From NCBI GenBank assembly GCA_046483305.1, contig JAWODM010000008.1, positions 1 to 64,000 of the forward strand: a stretch of 64,000 bases of DNA, in the 5' to 3' direction. The notes beneath the pieces were generated by a model that was not told the origin of the DNA, did no database searches, and saw nothing but the letters and a program-made list of their open reading frames with translations. Positions 19,816-29,282 of the stretch are shown one piece after another. Positions within the stretch are counted from its first letter, which is position 1; each line of letters starts with the position of its first letter. The translations under genes and the position numbers were made by a program. The stretch comes from Candidatus Krumholzibacteriales bacterium (GTDB lineage Bacteria > Krumholzibacteriota > Krumholzibacteriia > Krumholzibacteriales > WJIX01).

Positions 19816-20970
19816 TTAACCTGTGTCCCAGATGCCCGGTACGGCCTCTCCGCATTCCGAGCAACTCTCTCCTTTCATATTTATTGATTTGACGCGGTAA
19901 CCTTTTCTCTCTATAACCAGTCCGCCGCAGGAAGGGCAGAAAGTGCTTTCCTTACCCCCGCCCGGCACATTGCCGATATAAACGAATTTTATCCCTTCCT
20001 GCCTGCATATCCGGTAAGCCGTCTCCAGTGAGGAGAGAGGCGTCGGAGGGAGATTCTTAAGCTTGTACTGGGGAAAGAATCTTGAGAAATGAAGGGGAAC
20101 TTCATCACCCACGTTTTCTATTATCCATCTGGCCATCTTTCTGATTTCATCAGGGGAATCGTTGAGGGTGGGGACCATAAGGTAAACTATCTCCAGCCAG
20201 ACCCCTTCTTCCCGAGCCCGGACGATATTGTCCAGCACCGGCTTAAGGGTTCCCCCGCATATCTTCCTGTAATAACTGTCGGTGAAAGCCTTGAGATCGA
20301 TCTTGATCGCATCTGTTACTTTACAGAGGTCCCCGAATGGAATGCTGTTGTAGTAGCCGTTGGTTACCACAAACGACTTAAGGCCGTGGGCAGATGCTAT
20401 TCTGGAGATATCCCTGGCGTACTCAATAAATACCACGGGTTCTCCGTAAGTGCAGGTAATTGACGGCAGGTTGTTCTTCCCCGCGCTGGTTACTATCCTC
20501 TCCGGCGGGGTGTAGCTGGTTTCGACCATATCCGGGCTTGACTGTGATATCTGCCAGTTCTGGCAGAATTTGCATTCCATGTTGCACCCCACCGTGGATA
20601 TGGAGAGCGAATATGTGCCGGGGAGTACATGAAAGAAAGGTTTCTTCTCGACCGGATCCGCGTGAATGGAGCACGGATGCCCGTATGAGAGTGAATACAG
20701 AACTCCTCCCGAATTCTCTCTCACACCGCAATAACCTGTTTTGCCGTCATTAATTACACACTTTCTGGGACAGAGCAAGCACCTTACCCTGCGCCCTTCC
20801 ATCGGTTCATAATAGTCTGCCCTGTGGATATTCGGCGAAGAGGACAGAGACCCGGGCAGGGCGAGTATAGCTGATGCCAGGGTGGCATTTCGAAGAAACC
20901 TGCGGCGGGTCATACACAGCGGCCCACCCTTGCCTTGAATATCCCTGTTTTCATTATTAATTATTTCCAT
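19816..20970 (-). CDS. amrS: AmmeMemoRadiSam radical SAM enzyme with a twin-arginine motif
   Basis: CLLCPRKC, DPVEKKP, CNMECKFCQNWQISQ (CxxxCxxC), C-terminal CPSC/CSEC; N-terminal TRRRFLR. Confidence 0.92.
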   Translation of the reverse strand: MEIINNENRDIQGKGGPLCMTRRRFLRNATLASAILALPGSLSSSPNIHRADYYEPMEGRRVRCLLCPRKCVINDGKTGYCGVRENSGGVLYSLSYGHPCSIHADPVEKKPFFHVLPGTYSLSISTVGCNMECKFCQNWQISQSSPDMVETSYTPPERIVTSAGKNNLPSITCTYGEPVVFIEYARDISRIASAHGLKSFVVTNGYYNSIPFGDLCKVTDAIKIDLKAFTDSYYRKICGGTLKPVLDNIVRAREEGVWLEIVYLMVPTLNDSPDEIRKMARWIIENVGDEVPLHFSRFFPQYKLKNLPPTPLSSLETAYRICRQEGIKFVYIGNVPGGGKESTFCPSCGGLVIERKGYRVKSINMKGESCSECGEAVPGIWDTG

Positions 20971-20992
20971 CGCAGGAGCACCTCTATTTAGA

Positions 20993-21021
20993 AGAATAAA
21001 GCATTAGCGGACAAAGCGCAA
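20993..21021 (-). promoter_or_regulatory. Putative sigma70 promoter of amrS-amrBA
   Basis: TTGCGC-17 nt-TATTCT on the minus strand, followed by SD GAGGTG. Confidence 0.4.
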
Positions 21022-21046
21022 GTTTATAGGATTACTGGCGCGGGGG

Positions 21047-22345
21047 TCAGATCCCTTCGGCCGCAGACTTAACTGCCCGGTACTGGCCGGGTGGGACCGG
21101 GCCGCGCGAACCGCCGGAAAGAGACCAGCACTCGGTTTTTCCCGGCCGGGGTTGGAAGAAAATGACTTTGTCCAGGATACTGTCATTACGGCCCTCAATG
21201 GTAATAACCAGATCGGCATCTCCGGAGGAGGGAGGTTCCTGGAGCGCGACGGGAAGGGTTTCGTATTCCAGGGATTTGAGATTTTCGATTATAGTTTCGG
21301 CTATTTCGTCTTCTGCGGCCCCGCCGCCGGCCAGAGTCCATCCGCCATCAAAGTACCTCAACCTCAGTTCCGTCCCGCTTCCCGAGATGGCAAGCAGCCT
21401 GACCTCATCTCTTTTAAAACGTGATACCGACAGGTCAAATATATACTTATAACTCTCGGAGAAGATCCTCAGAAGGTCCGTCCTGACCAGGAATATCTGA
21501 TCCATATCGTTCCGGGTGGCATGGATCATATCGGCCATTCTGGAACCAAAGGTTATATGAATATTCTTCTCATAACTGTCTATGTTAATTATATAATCAG
21601 GAATCACCAGTCCGAACTTTTCAAGGTTTTCATCGGTGGCCGGGATGAATCTGTAAATAAGCATTCTGTCCAGGGTCTGAATGTATCCACTGATATATTT
21701 CTCCCGGGCCGGAATTCCGGTGCCTTCCAGCTTCCAGCCCAGATCGGAATTAATGATGGCGAATTCCCTGGAATCGGATATGTGCTCTATTCTGCTTATG
21801 AAATTAGGATTGATATTTATGAACTTCTTGTTTCTGAAGTGGAAAAGTGTTTTCTCCGCTGTCTGGGTAATGATTTCATTGGAGAGGTAGACATCCCGGG
21901 AAGAGCCGATTGAGGCATAGAGAAGGTTGCTGGTAGGGGCGCGGGAGCCGATCCGGATGGTGTCAGGTTTTTCCCTTCCTTTCTGGTAGAGAATGATCAC
22001 GCTGGAGGGGTTTTTCAGTCCGAATTCTGACAGGTCGGCAGGACCCTCTATTACCTCCATGATTTTACTCTCCGAAATATTTTCTATCAAGTCATCTACG
22101 ATATTTATTGCGCCGGATGTTCGAACCGGATGGGTAACCACCCACCTCTTTCCCGACCGCTCGAAAACAACCCTGGTGGAATCACTTCTGATGTATATCC
22201 CTTTCATAACATGGCCGGGCTCGATATCGATAAGCCGGCCCCTTCTTACCTGTACCGGGTCTCCGCCGAAAACGCCTCCGAAGAGGTAAAAGATACCAGC
22301 GACTATAATTATCAGAAGGATTATGTAGATGTAGGCAGATTTCAT
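21047..22345 (-). CDS. DUF4340 domain protein
   Basis: N-terminal TM helix, W.V..P and DLSEFGLKNP-type repeated units, downstream of a GldG-like gene; ATG 22345. Confidence 0.75.
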   Translation of the reverse strand: MKSAYIYIILLIIIVAGIFYLFGGVFGGDPVQVRRGRLIDIEPGHVMKGIYIRSDSTRVVFERSGKRWVVTHPVRTSGAINIVDDLIENISESKIMEVIEGPADLSEFGLKNPSSVIILYQKGREKPDTIRIGSRAPTSNLLYASIGSSRDVYLSNEIITQTAEKTLFHFRNKKFININPNFISRIEHISDSREFAIINSDLGWKLEGTGIPAREKYISGYIQTLDRMLIYRFIPATDENLEKFGLVIPDYIINIDSYEKNIHITFGSRMADMIHATRNDMDQIFLVRTDLLRIFSESYKYIFDLSVSRFKRDEVRLLAISGSGTELRLRYFDGGWTLAGGGAAEDEIAETIIENLKSLEYETLPVALQEPPSSGDADLVITIEGRNDSILDKVIFFQPRPGKTECWSLSGGSRGPVPPGQYRAVKSAAEGI

Positions 22346-22349
22346 CAGA

Positions 22350-23897
22350 TTAATCGTTTCCGGATAACCTTTTCTTCCTGGCAAGAACCCAGACTCCCGC
22401 CATTATTACGAGGGCGGGCAGCACCGCTATGGAGAGCCAGTATACCAGGCGTCCCTGGCGCATGGTAAGAAGGACCGGCTGCACCAGGTTATCCCTGGGA
22501 CGGATGGTTATCAGGTTCTCCCTCTTGGTAAGCCAGTTGATGGTATTCATTATTAGATCGCGATTACCGTAAAGGTCCAGAATTTTATTGGATGCAAAAT
22601 CACTGTCGCCGAAAAGGGCCACTCTGGTCTCCGGGGCGGTTGAACTCCCCGGTTCTGAGACTGAGGATACGGCAGCCAGAAGGACCGGCCCCGGGCTGTC
22701 GGACTCCCTGTCGAATTTTGTTTTCCCCTCCATTACCAGATCGAGATCACTCTCCGCATAGGCATTCTGATTGGTAAAGCAGAGCGGAGTGACATTTACT
22801 CCTTCGGCGGAATCCAGCTGGGCAACCGAACGGGCCTGAGGGAAGAAGGAGAAATAGGTAAATCCACGGGTTATGGGGTGATTGCCGTAACGGTTAACCA
22901 CCGGGGTGAGATAGTTCCCTGAGGTGAGCATCCCGGACCTGTCCACTATTATGCTGTTTTCGGGGATTATCCCGTAAGGGCTGAGAGTTGCGGTTATATT
23001 CCCGCATTCGGTAAGAGGATCAATCAGGAACAGGGCTCTTCCTTTGTCCTCAAGGTAATCGGATACAGTTTCCTGTTCGAACGGAAGTATATCTCTCTCC
23101 GGTCCTGCAATTACCAGGACATTACAGTCTCCCGGAATCCCGCTGCCGGCGCCCAGCGAAAGTTCCTCCACGCTGAAGTTCTCTCCCCTGAGCAGTTCGG
23201 CCAGATTAGCGTAACCGACGTTTTTGCCGTCACTTATCGATCTTTCGCCATGCCCTGTCAGAAAATATATTTTCAGCCTCTTTCTGCTGATGGACCTGTA
23301 TATGCTGTTGGTCAGTTTGCTTTCGGTAACCCCGGTTATCTTTTCCCAGCCGCTTGCGCTTTCCACCACTGTTACTCCGAACTGCTGTACGTTGTAGCGC
23401 CTCGCCACTGTGGGGCTCCGGTCCGGGTTGACGAATTCATACTCTATTTTCCCGCTGGCCGCATGGTAATTTTCCAGAAGGTCTTCGACAGAGCTCTTCT
23501 CCCGGTCAGTCTCCTTATAGAAGGCAATTATTCTGATACCGGATTCAAGTCCGCCGATTACATCCAGGGTCTTCCGCGACAGGGAGAACCTGCTGTTGTG
23601 GGTGGTGTCTATTCTCACATTGTTCCTGATTACGACCGCCTGCAACAGTATAAGCACTGTCAGAACAATTGCCGCAGAGAGGTAGGTGCCGGTCCTTTTT
23701 CTGGCGGTGATACTGGAAACGGTGTCGCCGGCCTGCCGGTAGGAAAATATGGCGGCTGTGATTATTATGAGAAATCCGGTTACCAGGGAAAGTATTATGA
23801 GAGCTTTGCTCCGGGGGGAATAAATATACAGCAGCGCGCCGGCGGCGATAAGAAGAAAAGCTGCTATTCTTATCCATCTCAGCGTCGCTCTCATCAT
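22350..23897 (-). CDS. GldG-like ABC transporter auxiliary component
   Basis: RIDTT...RFSLS..T, YFLTGHGE, LVIAGP, GDSDF, NRDLIMNTINWL, C-terminal TM helix. Confidence 0.85.
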   Translation of the reverse strand: MMRATLRWIRIAAFLLIAAGALLYIYSPRSKALIILSLVTGFLIIITAAIFSYRQAGDTVSSITARKRTGTYLSAAIVLTVLILLQAVVIRNNVRIDTTHNSRFSLSRKTLDVIGGLESGIRIIAFYKETDREKSSVEDLLENYHAASGKIEYEFVNPDRSPTVARRYNVQQFGVTVVESASGWEKITGVTESKLTNSIYRSISRKRLKIYFLTGHGERSISDGKNVGYANLAELLRGENFSVEELSLGAGSGIPGDCNVLVIAGPERDILPFEQETVSDYLEDKGRALFLIDPLTECGNITATLSPYGIIPENSIIVDRSGMLTSGNYLTPVVNRYGNHPITRGFTYFSFFPQARSVAQLDSAEGVNVTPLCFTNQNAYAESDLDLVMEGKTKFDRESDSPGPVLLAAVSSVSEPGSSTAPETRVALFGDSDFASNKILDLYGNRDLIMNTINWLTKRENLITIRPRDNLVQPVLLTMRQGRLVYWLSIAVLPALVIMAGVWVLARKKRLSGND

Positions 23898-24664
23898 GCC
23901 CTCCATCTGTCAGAGTCCAGGGATTTCTTGCACAGGAAGAGAAAAAAGAAGGTCAGAAAGATATAATAGGTTATATCACTGAGATTTACTATCCCCTTGG
24001 CGAACTGATTGAAGTGATAGATGAGGGAGAGCTCGGAGATAAAATTGAAAAGGGAAGAATCAGCAATGGGGGCAAGCCATCCCACCAGCAGAAGGAAAAG
24101 AACCATCCCGAATGTCATGGTCCCGGAGACCAGCTGGTTATCCGACAGAGAAGAGAAGAATATACCGACTGAAATAAATGAGGCGCCAAGCAGGAAAAGC
24201 CCCAGGTAACCGGTGAATACAGGCCCCCACTCGGGGTCGGCGAATACAGCCAGCAGTATGGGGTAGAGCAGGGTTCCGGCCAGCATTATAATGAAAATGG
24301 TAAGCGCGGAAAGGTATTTCCCGGAAATGGTGGATATTTCTTTGACCGGATAGGTCATCAACAGCTCGTAGGTTCCCTCTTTCTTCTCCTCCGAAAAGAG
24401 GCGCATGGTCAGAAGCGGCAGGAGGAGAAGGAGGATAATGCTCATGTTGTTGAAGAGAGGGCGCATCAGGCTGTCAATGATATTGACCGCTGCGGCCACT
24501 TCCGCCGTTTTCCTTAACTGAAGGGAAAGAAAATTGTAGTATTTGAACAGGCTGGAAAAGAAATATCCCGAGATGGCCAGAAACACCGCTATTGAAACAT
24601 AGGCGGTGATAGACTGAAGGTAGTACCTCATTTCCTTTTTATATATGGCAAGGAATTTCTGCAT
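23894..24664 (-). CDS. ABC-2 type permease (GldF-like)
   Basis: KEMRYY, LTMRLFSEEKKEGTYELLMT.P, six TM helices. Confidence 0.88.
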   Translation of the reverse strand: MQKFLAIYKKEMRYYLQSITAYVSIAVFLAISGYFFSSLFKYYNFLSLQLRKTAEVAAAVNIIDSLMRPLFNNMSIILLLLLPLLTMRLFSEEKKEGTYELLMTYPVKEISTISGKYLSALTIFIIMLAGTLLYPILLAVFADPEWGPVFTGYLGLFLLGASFISVGIFFSSLSDNQLVSGTMTFGMVLFLLLVGWLAPIADSSLFNFISELSLIYHFNQFAKGIVNLSDITYYIFLTFFFLFLCKKSLDSDRWRA

Positions 24665-25605
24665 CAGTTTTCCGTGGTTACCAGCTGGATGAATATATCT
24701 TCCAGAGAGAGTTCGCGGTTATAGATTTCAAGCAGGGGAAAGCCTTCCTGGACCAGCGACCTGAGAATCTCAGGCCTGAGGTCGCTCTCAGGTTCTGTTT
24801 CGATAATGAAAGTCAGGTTCTTCTCGGTCTCTTCACTTTCGGTTACCGTGATTACCCCGGGCAGCGAGGAAATAAAATCCCTGGCCCCGGCGGCTTTCCG
24901 CCCCTTTTCCATTTTTATAATTATATTTGAATACTTCTTCAGAGACTGTTTAAGATTTTCCGGTGAATCGACAGCTGCCAGTTTTCCCTTATTCATGATG
25001 ATTATGCGGTCGCATATCTGGTTTACCTCGGGCAGAATATGGCTGCTCAGGATAATGGTTCTCTCTTTTCCGATATCCTGTATCAATCTCCTTATTTCAT
25101 GAATCTGCCTGGGATCGAGGCCTATAGTCGGCTCATCGAGTATCAGCACCTCCGGATCATTGATGATTGCCTGGGCGATGCCGACCCTCTGCTGGTATCC
25201 CTTGGAGAGATTGCCAATAACCCTTTTGTGTACCGATTCCAGGCCGCATTTTTCCACTGCGTCATCAATGGCGGCCGGGATACGAACCCCCGGCGTGCCT
25301 TTTATACTGGCCACGAAATCCAGGTAGCTCCTTACGGTCAGGTCCTGGTAAAGCGGCGTTTTCTCAGGGAGATAACCGATCATTTCCCTGACCGCCATCG
25401 AATCCCGGAGGATATCCCTTCCGGCGATCTCCACAGTTCCCGATGTAGGGGGAAGGTAGCAGGTCAGCATTCTTATGGTGGTGGTCTTCCCTGCGCCATT
25501 TGGCCCCAGAAAACCGAGAATTTCACCCCTGCTTACATCGAAGCTCAATTTATTTACGGCCCGGGTGTAGCCGTAAACTTTGGTTAAATCTCTTACCTTA
25601 ATCAA
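24664..25605 (-). CDS. ABC transporter ATP-binding protein (GldA-like)
   Basis: GPNGAGKT, LSKGYQQR, ILDEPT.GLDP and SSHIL motifs. Confidence 0.92.
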   Translation of the reverse strand: MIKVRDLTKVYGYTRAVNKLSFDVSRGEILGFLGPNGAGKTTTIRMLTCYLPPTSGTVEIAGRDILRDSMAVREMIGYLPEKTPLYQDLTVRSYLDFVASIKGTPGVRIPAAIDDAVEKCGLESVHKRVIGNLSKGYQQRVGIAQAIINDPEVLILDEPTIGLDPRQIHEIRRLIQDIGKERTIILSSHILPEVNQICDRIIIMNKGKLAAVDSPENLKQSLKKYSNIIIKMEKGRKAAGARDFISSLPGVITVTESEETEKNLTFIIETEPESDLRPEILRSLVQEGFPLLEIYNRELSLEDIFIQLVTTEN

Positions 25606-25806
25606 TACGCCCCCCGCAGCTTCATGATTACGATTACAGTTATTAACTGAAAATTAATATTTAATAATATTTATTGCAAGGTTATGTTAAAGTAATAATT
25701 ATAGTGAATCTTTTCGATTGTATGAAACAATGCTTTGTGGTGTTCCGTATTCTGACAAGAAAAAGAAGAATCTGAGAGTCAGTTCAAGGAGAAGTCTGGA
25801 GGAAGA

Positions 25807-26286
25807 ATGAAACGATCAATTTCCGTCTGGCTGCTTATACTTATTCTGGCAGCCGGTTTCACTTCGAACGGATACTGCCGGGAGAATACCTACTATTCGG
25901 TTATCTTTCCGGGGTGGGGCCAGATGAGAGACGGACGTTACGGAAAGGGAACAACGTTCATGGGCGCCGAGCTGGTTCTTCTGACCGGCGTATTGATGTC
26001 GAATATACAGTACGACCGGGATGTAGAGCAGTATGAAGATGCCGCGGCCTTATTCAGGAATGCGACTTATATAGGGGATAAATTATATTACCACCAGCAG
26101 ATGATGGACAGGTGGGATGACGCGGACCGAATGGATACCTATAGAAAGTTGCTTGCGGGGGCCGCTGCCGGTGTCTGGATTATAAACATAGTGGACATGA
26201 TATGGAGTGAGGACCGGAGGGTAAAGCCGGTATCGCTGGATATAAAGGAAGACGGTTTTCTGATAACAAAATCTTTCAGTTTTTAG
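25807..26286 (+). CDS. Hypothetical exported protein (possibly DUF5683-like)
   Basis: SD GGAGG; signal peptide; SVIFPGWGQ motif; ends KSFSF. Confidence 0.7.
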   Translation: MKRSISVWLLILILAAGFTSNGYCRENTYYSVIFPGWGQMRDGRYGKGTTFMGAELVLLTGVLMSNIQYDRDVEQYEDAAALFRNATYIGDKLYYHQQMMDRWDDADRMDTYRKLLAGAAAGVWIINIVDMIWSEDRRVKPVSLDIKEDGFLITKSFSF

Positions 26287-26300
26287 GCAGGTAATTAATT

Positions 26301-26681
26301 ATGTTTAGAATCTCAGTCTTTTTCGCGTTACTGATTGTCCTGGCCGGGGCAGGTTGCAGTGACGAGCATGGAAGTTCGCCCACTTCATTTGATTATGACC
26401 CTCTGTCAGCGCCTGACAGCCTGGAAGCGGCAGGAGGGGCCGAATCGATCTCGCTGACCTGGACCCATACCGGGCAGTACAGGGATTTTATTGTTTATAT
26501 TTTGTACTACTCCGGAACCGAAGCTGTACTTCAGCCCGTTGACACCACCTCCTCTACCAGCAGTGTAATAGGAGATCTGGTTCCCAATCTGGAATACTGC
26601 TTTATGGTTTCAGCGGTTGATTCCAACGGTATGGAAGGATGGAGAAGTTCTGCGGAGTGCGCTGTCGCTAATTCGGACTGA
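26301..26681 (+). CDS. Small lipoprotein with a fibronectin type III domain
   Basis: AGC lipobox; SISLTW ... DLVPNLEYCFMVSAVD FN3 signature. Confidence 0.75.
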   Translation: MFRISVFFALLIVLAGAGCSDEHGSSPTSFDYDPLSAPDSLEAAGGAESISLTWTHTGQYRDFIVYILYYSGTEAVLQPVDTTSSTSSVIGDLVPNLEYCFMVSAVDSNGMEGWRSSAECAVANSD

Positions 26682-26694
26682 ACCGGGACCGGTA

Positions 26695-27633
26695 TCAGGA
26701 GAACCCCGGCAGGTTCTGCTGCCCGGAGGGCGGAAGGGATATCTTTTCAAGAACCGGGTACTCTCTCTTAAGTGGCTGAGGCGTATCAAGTTTCCTTTCT
26801 TCCATTATTGATTTCAACTGAAAAGCGTTGACCAGGGCCTGTCCTCTGAAGTGATTATTGGTGATAATGAAAAGCCTGTCTGCTTTTCCCGAAAGCTCTC
26901 CCGCCCGGGATGCCCATTCCTCCATTTCATCTTCCGAATAGAGGTAATCATAGCGCTGGTCCCGCCCCGCTTCCTTTCTGAACCAGTCCTTTCTGTTCCG
27001 GCCGTGGAGCCGTATATAGCCTAGTGAGCTGTTGGTAACGCGGATAGACGGGGGCATGGAATCGCCGATCATGGGCTGGTCTATACTGCAGAGAGTGAAA
27101 CCGTAATCCGACAGCAGCCTGAATGAATCGCCGCTGTTCCAGCTTCCATGCCTCAGTTCCGCTACCAGCGGATAATCACGGAACAGGTTTCCGATTTTCA
27201 TCAGGTGACGGCGGGAGTCCTCCAGATTGCGGAAGGACCACGGGAACTGAAACAGCAGGGCTCCCAGCCTGCCCGAGGAACGCAGGGGTTCGAATACATC
27301 CGTGAATTCTCTGACCCCGGCCTGATCAAGGTTCCTCTCATGGGTAAACTTTCCGAATGCCTTTACAGTCATCATGAAGCCGGAATGGGATGAAATTCTC
27401 TCCACCCAGCCGGTTACCATCCCGGCCGAAGGTATCCTGTAGAAAGAACTGTTAAGCTCCACGCAGTCGAAGTAACCGGCGGTGTAACCCAGTCTGTCAA
27501 TCCGTGACCCGGCCGGGTAGAAAATATTGCTCCAGTCGTCGTAAGACCATCCTGCAGGCCCGGTAAATATTCTTTTTCTCTTTTCGGTTTTAATCATTGA
27601 ACATAATATATCGAAATCAAGATTTGCTGACAA
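26695..27633 (-). CDS. DUF72 domain protein
   Basis: GWSY.DW...FYP, VELNSSFY, LFQFP, YIRLHGR, RYDYLYS and NNH motifs; start uncertain. Confidence 0.88.
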   Translation of the reverse strand: MSANLDFDILCSMIKTEKRKRIFTGPAGWSYDDWSNIFYPAGSRIDRLGYTAGYFDCVELNSSFYRIPSAGMVTGWVERISSHSGFMMTVKAFGKFTHERNLDQAGVREFTDVFEPLRSSGRLGALLFQFPWSFRNLEDSRRHLMKIGNLFRDYPLVAELRHGSWNSGDSFRLLSDYGFTLCSIDQPMIGDSMPPSIRVTNSSLGYIRLHGRNRKDWFRKEAGRDQRYDYLYSEDEMEEWASRAGELSGKADRLFIITNNHFRGQALVNAFQLKSIMEERKLDTPQPLKREYPVLEKISLPPSGQQNLPGFS

Positions 27634-27850
27634 TTACCATAGAAAATTATATTCTAAAAAGTATACATTGAGAAGTATTAAAGCGCTGGCAGACCGGACG
27701 GTATCCGCATCTTGAATAACTGAAAGATCCAGGCGGACGAAATATAAAGATAATAAACAGTAAAGTTGGTGTGGAATAAATACAATATCTTAAATATTAA
27801 TATATATCTGTCTAATTCGATATTAAAACATAATATTATCATTCATATCC

Positions 27851-27878
27851 TTGACGGAATTACCGAGAATAGTACAAT
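27851..27878 (+). promoter_or_regulatory. Sigma70 promoter upstream of the 28021 lipoprotein
   Basis: TTGACG-16 nt-TACAAT in an AT-rich intergenic region. Confidence 0.55.
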
Positions 27879-28020
27879 TTTAATAGAGAGCATGAAAATG
27901 TTTTTCTGGAGACCCCCGCTTTAGATAGCTGGCTGCCGGGAGGCAGCCGGGGCTCCGATATGTTACCCTGCCGTGTAGGAAGGGAGCATCGTTCAAGCCT
28001 TAGAAAGGTCAGATGGAGGT

Positions 28021-28470
28021 TTGATGATGAAGAAGCTTCTGGTTGTAGCAGGTATCGGAGTTCTGATATCAGGACTTATTGGCTGTTCAGGAATGGTTCA
28101 GGTTGAAAAGGAAGGTATTCCTGAGGATGCTGAAATGAGGACTGAATACCTGAAAGAACATCCTGGCTGCATTTATGCCGAAAACATAAGTAAAGGCGAA
28201 GTGAGAGGCGGTATGAATAAGGATGAAGTAAAGGCTTCCTGGGGATTGCCTAACGCCATCATTGTGGAAGATGATATTGATAATCATTACTGGGTTTATT
28301 ATACCAAGGGTTCCGATACCGGTTCGGTATTGATTTATACACTCAGTTTCAGGGATGACCGCCTCGAGAACTGGAAAATAGAGATAAAGAGACTGGCTTC
28401 TTATTTCGTTGATGGTGATGGAGTTTCCGGCGATAATAAGATCACCCTTGCCGGTGAAAGCAAGAAATAA
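28021..28470 (+). CDS. Hypothetical lipoprotein, BamE/SmpA-like motif
   Basis: SD GGAGGT; LIGC lipobox; GMNKDEVKASWGLP...YWVY pattern. Confidence 0.7.
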   Translation: MMMKKLLVVAGIGVLISGLIGCSGMVQVEKEGIPEDAEMRTEYLKEHPGCIYAENISKGEVRGGMNKDEVKASWGLPNAIIVEDDIDNHYWVYYTKGSDTGSVLIYTLSFRDDRLENWKIEIKRLASYFVDGDGVSGDNKITLAGESKK

Positions 28471-28707
28471 CATTCCTCTGATATGAAGAGGGGCACTCGG
28501 ACCTTAAGAAGGGATTTAACTTTCCTGCGGGGGGAAAGAAGAGTGCCCCCGTATTATATAATTAACCAATATGATAAAGTGCCTGAATCCAGTTCCAGAC
28601 CCATGCCTGCATACTATTGGCGAGTGACGGTGGCAGGTGACCGCAAATAACTTTAATATAAAGATATTAAGCATTTTCATATAGTACCCTCACCATCCTT
28701 TTTAAAT

Positions 28708-28736
28708 TTGACAATACCACTGTTCTGACTTATTCT
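28708..28736 (+). promoter_or_regulatory. Sigma70 promoter of hsp20-lon
   Basis: TTGACA-17 nt-TATTCT. Confidence 0.6.
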
Positions 28737-28844
28737 ACATGAAAGATGTCAGGGCACCTGCGGGCCGGTTTGCGCTTAAGGGCATTGGCGGCCCGGGGAA
28801 TGCAAAGCGGATGGAATTTTCAAACGGAGACTTACTGATATAAA

Positions 28845-29264
28845 ATGAGCTTTAACAGAGAAGAATTTCTTCAACGAATGCTGCATGGTTTCATTTCGGG
28901 AGAGAGGGGAGAGGATAAGGTCAAATATCCTTCGGCTCCCTCCTGGCAACCTTCCGTGGATATAATAGAAACCGCAGACTGCATTATTGTGATTGTTGAT
29001 ATAGCCGGTATGGAAGGCAAGGATATCGACGTCCTGACCGATGGCAGGGTCCTCAAGATAAGCGGAGTCAGAAGGGGCATATTCCAACCTGGGGAAAAGA
29101 AATTCCACATGCTGGAGATTCAGGTTGGGTCCTTCTCCAGGGAACTGAAGCTTCCTGCCCGGGTAGAGAGCGAAAACCGTTCCGCCACCTATGAGAACGG
29201 CCTGCTCAAGATCGAATTCAGGAAGAAGTCATCTGAAGAAGTTAAAAAGATAGAAATAGAATAA
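28845..29264 (+). CDS. Hsp20/alpha-crystallin small heat shock protein
   Basis: WQPSVDIIET, LKISGVR, GSFSR.L.LP and ATYENGLLKI motifs. Confidence 0.9.
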   Translation: MSFNREEFLQRMLHGFISGERGEDKVKYPSAPSWQPSVDIIETADCIIVIVDIAGMEGKDIDVLTDGRVLKISGVRRGIFQPGEKKFHMLEIQVGSFSRELKLPARVESENRSATYENGLLKIEFRKKSSEEVKKIEIE

Positions 29265-29282
29265 AATCAAGGTTGAGGCAAT

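Noticed and set aside
21047..25605. Evidence for gliding motility
   Set aside because: GldA/F/G-like ABC modules occur widely in non-gliders, and no gldJ-N or spr genes are in the window
25665..25692. dif-like site (TTATGTTAAA XerD arm)
   Set aside because: No matching XerC arm at 6-nt spacing in AT-rich DNA
28490..28549. Canonical CIRCE element
   Set aside because: Spacer is 42 nt rather than 9 and the outer TTA/TAA bases are absent; kept only as an unexplained structure
28739..28843. 34-codon ORF just upstream of hsp20
   Set aside because: ATG lies 2 nt after the predicted -10 box and has no SD, so it is probably outside the transcript
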